In this document: positions 56,627 through 64,000 of the stretch, in pieces | How positions within the stretch are numbered: position 1 is the stretch's first letter | Layout of the letters: the number at the start of each line of letters is the position of its first letter | Assembly: GCA_965223265.1 (NCBI GenBank) | Contig: OZ244999.1 | Coordinates: 896,001 to 960,000 of the forward strand | DNA from: Planctomycetota bacterium | GTDB lineage: Bacteria > Planctomycetota > UBA8108 > SXIK01 | Reading direction: 5' to 3' | Length of the DNA: 64,000 bases | Position numbers and translations under genes: made by a program | The notes under the pieces: model-generated | What the model saw: only the letters and a program-made list of their open reading frames with translations | Databases searched by the model: none | What the model was told of the DNA's origin: nothing

Positions 56627-57952
56627 ATGCGTCTCAACGAAGTCGATTCCGTAACAGAATCCTACCCAGACGTCCCGCGAGAAGCTGTCGTCAAAGAAGA
56701 CCTGCTGCGACTTGGAGTCGGCTTCTCGGAGGACGCGTTGTGTGTCGCGTCAGGTTACAAACCGAAGAGTTACTTCATCTTTAGTTTCGATCTGCGGCCA
56801 ATTGCTGAGCTCGAACGCGGTGAACATCTCCGTGCGCCGGAAGAGATCGCGCTTTCGGGGGGACCGCGAGATTTTCGCCGCACGATCGTCAGCGTGCGGC
56901 TCAACCCGGCGTCACCGTACTGCGTCACCCTTGACGACGGGCGACTCGTGCTTGAGGTGGATGGTGAGGTTTTGGCGAACGTCGACCTGCAGGAAACGCC
57001 CTCTTACTACAAGCGGCAGCTTCCGAGTGGTCGAAGCGTCACCGAGCTCGCGCCTACCATTGAGTGGGGCTACTTGGTCTACCTCACGGCATACCGCAAG
57101 TGCCAGTACTTTGGATTTCAGGAGGAGTGTCAGTTCTGCGACATCAACGAGAACGTGCGACAGCAAAAAGCGACAGGACGCACGTACAACACGGTCAAGG
57201 AGACCGACGAAATCCTTGACGCGCTGGCCATCATCGACGAAGAGGACGTCGAACGGCGCTCCCAGGCCTACACGCTCACCGGCGGCAGCATCACTCGGCA
57301 TCTGCGCGGCGAGACCGAAGTCGAGTTCTACGCACGCTACGCCGAAGCGATCAACGGTCGTTTCCCGGGTCGGTGGATCTCGAAGCTTGTGATTCAAGCT
57401 CATCCCAAACCAAGCTTGCAGCGCTTCGTCGATGCTGGAGTGCAGATTTACCACCCGAACTACGAGGTGTGGGACCCGCAGCTGTTTCGGGTGATTTGCC
57501 CGGGGAAAGAACGCTACATTGGGCGGGATGAGTGGGTACGGCGCATCGTTGATGCCGCCGACGTGTTCGGCCCTTCGCGTGTGATCCCGAATTTCGTCGC
57601 CGGCGTCGAGATGGCTCGTCCGCATGGGTTCAAAAGCGTCGAAGAGGCGCTTGCGTCGACGGGTGAGGGCCTTGATTTCTTCATGTCTCATGGGATCACC
57701 CCGCGCTACACGACGTGGTGCCCCGAGCCGCTCAGTGTTCTCGGGCGCGATCAAGGGCCGGCGCCCCTGGCCTATCACGTCGGTCTCCTCCGGCTGTGGC
57801 GGGAGACGCTGCAGCGCTACGATCTCCCCGCACCTCCGGGATACGGCGAGCCTGGGGTCGGCCGCGCCGTCTTTTCGGTCAGCGCCTTTATGGAATCCCT
57901 TCCACCAGACTCGGCCGTTGCCTCCTTGGTGGCATCATCGAGAACGGGTTAG
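56627..57952 (+). CDS. radical SAM protein with expanded CX8CX2C motif
   Basis: CQYFGFQEECQFC, LTGG, NYEVWD...CPGK, NFVAGVE. Confidence 0.8.
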   Translation: MRLNEVDSVTESYPDVPREAVVKEDLLRLGVGFSEDALCVASGYKPKSYFIFSFDLRPIAELERGEHLRAPEEIALSGGPRDFRRTIVSVRLNPASPYCVTLDDGRLVLEVDGEVLANVDLQETPSYYKRQLPSGRSVTELAPTIEWGYLVYLTAYRKCQYFGFQEECQFCDINENVRQQKATGRTYNTVKETDEILDALAIIDEEDVERRSQAYTLTGGSITRHLRGETEVEFYARYAEAINGRFPGRWISKLVIQAHPKPSLQRFVDAGVQIYHPNYEVWDPQLFRVICPGKERYIGRDEWVRRIVDAADVFGPSRVIPNFVAGVEMARPHGFKSVEEALASTGEGLDFFMSHGITPRYTTWCPEPLSVLGRDQGPAPLAYHVGLLRLWRETLQRYDLPAPPGYGEPGVGRAVFSVSAFMESLPPDSAVASLVASSRTG

Positions 57953-58066
57953 TCGGGGCGTACGGCTAAGGCTAAGGCTGCTAGGGCTAGCGTTCCGAGC
58001 CCGTCTCCGATGCGTACGGCCGTCGTTGTAGCGGCGTGTTCTCGTGCCTCTTCTCTCGCAGCGCAA

Positions 58067-59158
58067 TCAGGGACGCTCGAGCCATAGGTCTCCAGAGCGT
58101 CGACGGTATGAGCTATGGATGTGCGCGGCGCCGTTTTGTGTGTTGGAGTAGTTGATCACGAAGCTCGGCCCGTGTACCAGATACGAGTGCGGTTCGAACT
58201 TCTTCAGGCTGCCGCGCCATGCGACGTGCGTTGCATCGATGCCGCCACTCTCTTCAATCGCGGCCCACTCTTCCTTGGCCTGATCCGCCGCGAACTTTTC
58301 GATGTGTGTTGCGATGAGCCGCCGAAGCGCGTCCTTCTGTGGGGCGGAGAGGACGTTCACGGCGACGCCATCTGGGTAGGGTCCGTCGTAACTCGCTTTT
58401 TGTGTGCTGGGAACTTCTTCCGGTACGGAGTCGGCCTTGCCGAGACAGGCGCGGAGGTGCGCTGCGTCGAGTGACGTGACGAACTCGCGCGCTAGGTCCT
58501 CCTCTTCAGCGAGGACACGCAGCGTTCGTCCTGGACCGGCTTCAATCACCGACGGATTAGAGCCATAGAAAGCTGGAGTGCGAGAGGTGATCTCTGCGCC
58601 GTCGAGCGTGAAATTCAGGCAGAGGTGATGCCCCTCGAAACGCCATCCCCACTTCCCTTTGTCTGCGGGAGTGCCGAAGAAGCTGACGAAGTAGAGCTGC
58701 GGATCTCGAGGAAATCTTCGCCCCGGACCCTCCAGAAGTGCTAACACCGACTCTAACTCGCGGATTTGTTCGACCGTCTTATAGCCGACTTCGCTGAGGC
58801 CACTCTTGAGAAGCTCTGTGAGCTTGCCGCGCTGCGATTCGCTCAGCAGGTCTAAGGAAACGCCCTTCCGAGGACGTGGGATGAAGTGCCAGTCGGCGTG
58901 TTCGTCGCCGCCGTACTCGAACAGTGCTTTGGCTTGGGTCTCGCTTGCGAGCGCCTGCCATAGGTTGCTGGCTGCGGCAACCATCCTTGTACCTGAGTTC
59001 GCCGCACCTTTCGCCGCGGCACTCCCCGGCGAGTCAATGCTCATGCGGCTGCCGAACCACGCTGCCAGAAGGAAGAGAGAGCTGGCGATGAGTAGCGTTC
59101 GGTTGGTTCGATGCTTCGACACTCGATTCTTTGGCGTGTGACTCAAAGCGCGGCTCAT
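58067..59158 (-). CDS. DUF3500 domain protein
   Basis: WHFIPRPRKG, YFVSFFGTP, WGWRFEGHHLCLN, TPAFYG, HIHS. Confidence 0.88.
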   Translation of the reverse strand: MSRALSHTPKNRVSKHRTNRTLLIASSLFLLAAWFGSRMSIDSPGSAAAKGAANSGTRMVAAASNLWQALASETQAKALFEYGGDEHADWHFIPRPRKGVSLDLLSESQRGKLTELLKSGLSEVGYKTVEQIRELESVLALLEGPGRRFPRDPQLYFVSFFGTPADKGKWGWRFEGHHLCLNFTLDGAEITSRTPAFYGSNPSVIEAGPGRTLRVLAEEEDLAREFVTSLDAAHLRACLGKADSVPEEVPSTQKASYDGPYPDGVAVNVLSAPQKDALRRLIATHIEKFAADQAKEEWAAIEESGGIDATHVAWRGSLKKFEPHSYLVHGPSFVINYSNTQNGAAHIHSSYRRRSGDLWLERP

Positions 59159-59275
59159 CGAATGCGCCTCCTAACCCGGTTTAGATTCCTTGGTGCTTTC
59201 AACGACGTTGCGGTCGTTCCCCATGATGGTTCGACAGTATACGCGGTTCGATCATGAGCGCCAACGGGCGTTTCG

Positions 59276-60646
59276 TCATGGCGTACTGGCGGCCGTCTCG
59301 GCGCGGTCAAACTTTGCACTCCACCACATGCCGATGCCAGTGACGACAAGCACCACGAAGGAGATGAAGAAAATCGTATTGGCGTCAAAATACTCGAGGA
59401 GTTTTACGCCGACGAACGGCGCAATGGCCCATCGGAGTCCAGTGAGGGCTGTATGGATGCCAGAGTAGAGGGGGGCACGGTGCGGGTCGCGAGCGAAGTA
59501 GAGCGGTCCGAGCATCCAGACGAGTGTCCCACCCCCGAACGCAATGCCGCGGCAGATTCGGCCAACGTAGATCCACCCGATGCTCGGCGCCAGTGCAAGA
59601 GCCAGCGGATCGAGAGCGAAGATCAGATTCAAGATGCCGCGCACGGCCGAAGGCGAGAAGCGGTCAACCTGCTTTCCCCACCAAACCATCGTGACGGCCA
59701 TGCCGCCGAACACCAGGACGACGTTGATCATCGCAAGTTCGAAATAACCAACTTTCAGTTCTTCGACCGCGTAGATCTGCGTCAAGGGGATCGTCATGAT
59801 GTTGGCGAAGCCGAACAGAAAGAAGAAGCACTGAAATCGTCGAAACGGGCGGTCTTCGCGCCACACCCTGTGAAACTCACGGAGCATCGCCCAGGGGGTC
59901 GCTGTGCGATCACTGTCGTTGACCGCGAACGACTCAATGCGGATTCGGCGAATAAACCGACTCCCGGCGAAAGCTAAAACCGCTGCGATCGCGATCGAGT
60001 ACTGAAGAGTGTCGGCGAGAGGCAAGGGGCACTTGCCCAACACTTTGACGAGCTCTTCCTTGCCGAGGCTCCAGTCGAGGAAGATCGAGCCGAAGAGTGC
60101 CACCAGCGTGGTGACGACCAGCTGCAATTGGCGCACTCTGCCGACAAGTCGACCTCGTTCGTGCGTGGGAAAGTTTGCTCGGTAGATCGTCACCCTCGCC
60201 GGAATCCCGAGCGACCAAAAGATATTGGCGCCGACGTGGAGAGCGACAAAGACGAACGAGAGGTGCGGCCGGACGAAGAAGAGTGGAATGAGGCAGATGC
60301 TGGTCGCGACCTGCAATCGATAGAGGATCGAAACCGGCGAGTAGCGCTGCGCGAGGTGCGCCGCCAAGAACGCCAAGAGCATGCCGAAGCTTCTGCCACT
60401 GGTGAGAATCGCGAGTTCGAGATCGCTGGCGTTGTAGCCCTTCTTCGCGATCGCCGGTCCCATTTCGAGCAAGCAGATGACTCCAGCGGCGAGCAAGCTG
60501 GCCGTCAGGTCAAGGTTCCACGTGCGCCGCACGTTCGCCGGCGGTGCACTGAAGGATTCCTCCGAATGAAGGTCGTCGTCGCCGGCCTTCTTGACGTGCG
60601 TCGTCTTCGGAAGAAGTGAGTGGCTTGGGGTCTTGGGGAGACGCAC
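59276..60646 (-). CDS. MFS transporter
   Basis: About 12 hydrophobic segments; RGRLVG, WGKQVDRF, APFVG. Confidence 0.82.
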   Translation of the reverse strand: MRLPKTPSHSLLPKTTHVKKAGDDDLHSEESFSAPPANVRRTWNLDLTASLLAAGVICLLEMGPAIAKKGYNASDLELAILTSGRSFGMLLAFLAAHLAQRYSPVSILYRLQVATSICLIPLFFVRPHLSFVFVALHVGANIFWSLGIPARVTIYRANFPTHERGRLVGRVRQLQLVVTTLVALFGSIFLDWSLGKEELVKVLGKCPLPLADTLQYSIAIAAVLAFAGSRFIRRIRIESFAVNDSDRTATPWAMLREFHRVWREDRPFRRFQCFFFLFGFANIMTIPLTQIYAVEELKVGYFELAMINVVLVFGGMAVTMVWWGKQVDRFSPSAVRGILNLIFALDPLALALAPSIGWIYVGRICRGIAFGGGTLVWMLGPLYFARDPHRAPLYSGIHTALTGLRWAIAPFVGVKLLEYFDANTIFFISFVVLVVTGIGMWWSAKFDRAETAASTP

Positions 60647-60974
60647 TGAGACTCTTGGGTGGTGCTTCTACGTGTCAGGTGCAGCCCGTGCATCAGGCGG
60701 CCTATGGTCCTCTCGGCCACCGCAGCTCGAATCCGCAGACCGGTCGGTCGGCGCAACAGTGCTCTCTTGTGAGTCAACCTGGGCGGGCGCGGGTGGGAGG
60801 AACCGTTCATGCTACCAGATCTCACGCCTTGATGTCGGCTCTGAGCGCTCTCCGGCAAGCGAGAACGAGATCTCGCCTCACCCCTCGTGCCGGAAGCGAC
60901 AGCGACAGCGCCGCGTTCGGGCATGTGTCGACGATATGCGGAGGCTGTCGCTTACGTGGTGGACAAACGCGACG

Positions 60975-62033
60975 TCAACAGCAAGGCGACTCGCTGTCCC
61001 CCGCTTGGGAGGGACTGCAATCGAAGAGGCCTAGATGTTTGCGTGGTGACGTGACCTCAAAGTACCTCGCTAAGCGCGTCTCCGACAGCATGCGCGCCGT
61101 GTTGCGGCAGATGCCCGTGGGGCGTCCCGCCTCGAATACGTGATGATGGTCCAATACGAAACGCGCCGGCTGCTGCTTGCAGTTGCCGAGGTAGATCGCT
61201 ACCTGGCCGTAGTCTTCGCAGCGTCGATCCCAAGCGCCACGAAGTTTGAAACCTCTCAGAGCCATCGAATAGAAGCGGATCGGATGGCCGTTGATGTCTT
61301 CTTCCACCAGTTTTCGTGTCACCACGCGAGGGTCGCCAAATCCTGCATCTTTGACGATGTCGACGAGATCGTGCTCGTAGAGCGCGCCGCCAAGGCATTC
61401 AGCGACTAGCATCTGGTCGTGGGCAATCGCTTCGGGTACGCGGCGGTCCGCGACGATGTCGGAGATGTAGAATTCGCCACCAGGCTTCAGAACCCGATAG
61501 ATGTTCTCGAACACCTTATCCTTTAGCGGTGACAGGTTGATCGTGCAGTCTGACACGACCAAGTCGACCGAGTCGTTCTCGAGACCTTCCGTTGTCTCGA
61601 TGTAGCCATGGCGAAACTCGACATTGGGTTGGCTGTAGCCAAAGGCGCGGCTGACGGCGTCGATGTGTCGCCTCGCCACTGCCAATTGCTCTTCGGTCAT
61701 GTCGAAGCCAATGACATGTCCGCTCTCTCCTACGAGTTTGCTGACGATGAAGGCGTCGAGGCCGGCGCCTGAGCCGAGATCGAGAACCCGGATGCCTGTA
61801 AGGTCGTCTTGAGGAATCGAGCAGCCGCAGCCATAGTTCTTCTCTTTGACCTCGTCGGGGATCAGACGGAGTATGTCAGCGTGCAGGCGGGCGGTGTCAT
61901 CGACACAGCATGCACTCTTCTCTAGGTCTTGCGTGCGCTGAATCGTTTTTCCGTAGTATCGGCTGAGGTACTTCCGCAACCCATCGGTGGATTGGTCCTC
62001 ACCTGGAAGAGAACGTTCGAGAGTTGGATCCAT
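60975..62033 (-). CDS. arsM: arsenite S-adenosylmethionine methyltransferase (ArsM/AS3MT-like)
   Basis: SACC, NYGCG, VLDLGSGAGLD, SDCTINL, ECLGGAL, AS3MT-type extension CEDYGQ, terminal CC. Confidence 0.82.
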   Translation of the reverse strand: MDPTLERSLPGEDQSTDGLRKYLSRYYGKTIQRTQDLEKSACCVDDTARLHADILRLIPDEVKEKNYGCGCSIPQDDLTGIRVLDLGSGAGLDAFIVSKLVGESGHVIGFDMTEEQLAVARRHIDAVSRAFGYSQPNVEFRHGYIETTEGLENDSVDLVVSDCTINLSPLKDKVFENIYRVLKPGGEFYISDIVADRRVPEAIAHDQMLVAECLGGALYEHDLVDIVKDAGFGDPRVVTRKLVEEDINGHPIRFYSMALRGFKLRGAWDRRCEDYGQVAIYLGNCKQQPARFVLDHHHVFEAGRPTGICRNTARMLSETRLARYFEVTSPRKHLGLFDCSPSQAGDSESPCC

Positions 62034-62292
62034 GAGGGTTCCTCTACGCCTGAGACACAGCTGTCAAGAGCGAGCGATTTCTTTCTCGAATTCGCTCGTG
62101 CTTCCTGAGTGCCCCCTACCTGTCGTCCATGCCTAAGTGTAACGGCGGGCTGCGCGCCAGAGTTCCGTCAAATGAGGCGAATGACCTCGATTCAGCGTCG
62201 TCCGAGGACGAACTTGTACCTGTGACGTGCAGTAGGGTATCAGGAAAGAGATCGGGTTGTAAGGAATGTTTGCGTGGTCTGGCCGGACTGAC

Positions 62293-62316
62293 CGTTACAG
62301 GATAACGTTACAGGAT
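62293..62316. repeat. 11-bp direct repeat, possible operator
   Basis: cgttacaggat at 62293-62303 and 62306-62316, in the divergent arsM/dipeptidase spacer. Confidence 0.5.
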
Positions 62317-62579
62317 GTTGATGGCAGAACGGCGCACAACCCGTCGATGCAGGTTGAGGCTATCGACGTTTCATCGGCGCTCGCGTAGGCTGCAGGCGCG
62401 CGCCCGCGTCACCGAGGTGGTGCCCAGGGTGGCGGTGGTAGGCGACAGTGCGGGACGATACCGTTCTGCCAACCCTCGTACGGTTGCCTCGCGTCGCGGT
62501 CACAGTTACTGTGAGGGCTCTCGCTTCACACGAAGGTCGACGGACGCCAGGTCCGTTGCCGACACTTGCCACCGCGACA

Positions 62580-62635
62580 CCGTGCCCCGTGCCACGAGCC
62601 CCGTGCCACGAGTCCCGTGCCACGAGCCCCGTGCC
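62580..62635. repeat. heptamer tandem array (8 units, CCGTGCC alternating with ACGAGYC)
   Basis: ccgtgcc ccgtgcc acgagcc ccgtgcc acgagtc ccgtgcc acgagcc ccgtgcc, read directly. Confidence 0.9.
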
Positions 62636-62696
62636 GCCGCACACCACCGTTCATGGCCGTTTGCACCGCGCAACCTCTAACCGACAGGCTCTTCGA

Positions 62697-63785
62697 ATGC
62701 TCGTCATTGATGCTCACCTCGATCTGGCTTGGAACGCGCTGCAGTGGGGGCGCGACTTGCACCGCTCCGTGTTCACCATCCGCACTCTCGAAAATCGTAG
62801 CGCCGGTGCCGGACGCGGCTGTGGTACGGTCGCCTTTCCCGAGCTGCGCAGTGGCCGCGTCGCACTGAGCATCGTCACGGTGCTCGCTCGCTCGACGGGA
62901 CGTCCTGTCCCAGATCTTGACTACGCGTCGATCGAGCAGGCATATGCGGTCGGACGCGGGCAGCTCAGCTACTACCACGCCTTGGAGGCGGCTGGGACTT
63001 GTCGGGTGGTCGGTGATTGCGCGCGGCTCGACGCTCACATCGACGAATGGGAGCGTTGGGATCGTGACGCGGAGACCTCTGGTCGGGCGGCGCCACCGCT
63101 CGGTTTCACGATCAGCATGGAAGGAGCGGACCCGATCGTCGATCCGCAGCAACTGGAGGAGTGGCACCGTGGTGGCCTCCGTCTCCTCGGTCTGGCCCAC
63201 TATGGCCCCGGCCGCTACGCCGGTGGCACAGGGACCGAAGTCGGGCTGACTTCGATGGGTCGTCAGCTCTTGGGTGAGATGGAACGCCTGGGCGTGCTTC
63301 TCGATTTGACGCACTCCTCTGATGAGACCTTCTGGGAGTCGCTGGACGTCTATTCAGGTCCCGTGCTCGCAAGTCACAACAATTGTCGCGCGCTGGTACC
63401 GCATCAGCGCCAGTTTTCAGATGAGCAAATTCGCGCTGTGATCGAGCGAGACGGTGTGATTGGCGCGGCGTTTGATTGTTGGATGCTGTCGCGCGATTGG
63501 ACGATCGGCGAGAGCGATCCAGCGACTGTAACGCTCAGCGACGTCGTACGGCACATCGAGCACATATGTGAGATCGCGGGGAACACGCGTCACGTCGCCA
63601 TCGGTACTGACCTGGATGGCGGTTTTGGCAAGGAGCAGTCGCCGTCCGATCTGGAGACGATTGCAGACCTCCAGAACCTTGCGCCGCTACTTGAGTCCCG
63701 CGGCTTCTCCGCTGACGACATCGCTGCGATTCTGCACGGTAACTGGCTGCGATTCTTGCGCCAGAGCTGGTCCGCCAACGGTTGA
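62697..63785 (+). CDS. membrane dipeptidase (peptidase M19)
   Basis: IDAHLD, SMEGAD, LDLTHS, ASHNN, IGTDLDGG, GNWLRFL; start MLVIDAH at 62697. Confidence 0.92.
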   Translation: MLVIDAHLDLAWNALQWGRDLHRSVFTIRTLENRSAGAGRGCGTVAFPELRSGRVALSIVTVLARSTGRPVPDLDYASIEQAYAVGRGQLSYYHALEAAGTCRVVGDCARLDAHIDEWERWDRDAETSGRAAPPLGFTISMEGADPIVDPQQLEEWHRGGLRLLGLAHYGPGRYAGGTGTEVGLTSMGRQLLGEMERLGVLLDLTHSSDETFWESLDVYSGPVLASHNNCRALVPHQRQFSDEQIRAVIERDGVIGAAFDCWMLSRDWTIGESDPATVTLSDVVRHIEHICEIAGNTRHVAIGTDLDGGFGKEQSPSDLETIADLQNLAPLLESRGFSADDIAAILHGNWLRFLRQSWSANG

Positions 63786-64000
63786 TGAAAGGTGCATCGC
63801 CTTGATCACAACGCTGCCTTATCCCGAATGCGCTGACGTCGAATCTGGCCACCGCGGTGCCATCTCGTTCGGCGCTGGGCGTGCGCCGTCCCGCGACGAT
63901 CGGGGCTTGCTGCAAGGTGCGTTCGCCCGCCCTGCCAGTGGATCGGAAGCTGCAATTGGGAGTCGATGGCAGCGCTCGATGCGTTCGGCGGTGACGCTTC

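Noticed and set aside
60975-60977. Selenocysteine read-through of the TGA after the terminal CC of ArsM
   Set aside because: A terminal CC is normal for ArsM; no convincing SECIS or conserved downstream coding sequence.

Overview
High-GC bacterial chromosomal window. Gene content (prenyltransferase/squalene-oxidase-repeat, ASPIC/UnbV-FG-GAP, HEAT-repeat, DUF3500 and dockerin-like-tailed secreted proteins) points to Planctomycetota; this is inference. Housekeeping genes: murD (cut by the window edge), thiS-thiG, thiE-like, aroC, glpK, glcDEF, dedA, two GT2 genes. Accessory content: (1) an IS110/IS1111-type element with sub-terminal inverted repeats and a ~470-nt non-coding end, inserted into a hexamer-repeat tract that is one of two related tracts flanking a frameshifted four-helix-bundle gene with a structured leader; (2) an IS701-like element (18-bp TIRs, 5-bp TSD) inserted at the edge of a 160-bp palindromic MITE, with a second partial MITE copy at ~31 kb; (3) a rhombosortase coupled to a GlyGly-CTERM M12B protease; (4) a LexA paralogue lacking the Ala-Gly site and both catalytic residues; (5) a ggt / flavoprotein / radical SAM / half-site metallophosphoesterase operon, plus a distant ArsM-like methyltransferase; (6) a candidate sigma54-driven ~116-nt structured RNA upstream of glcD. 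No rRNA, tRNA or CRISPR array was recognised. All family calls come from motif recognition by eye, not database searches.
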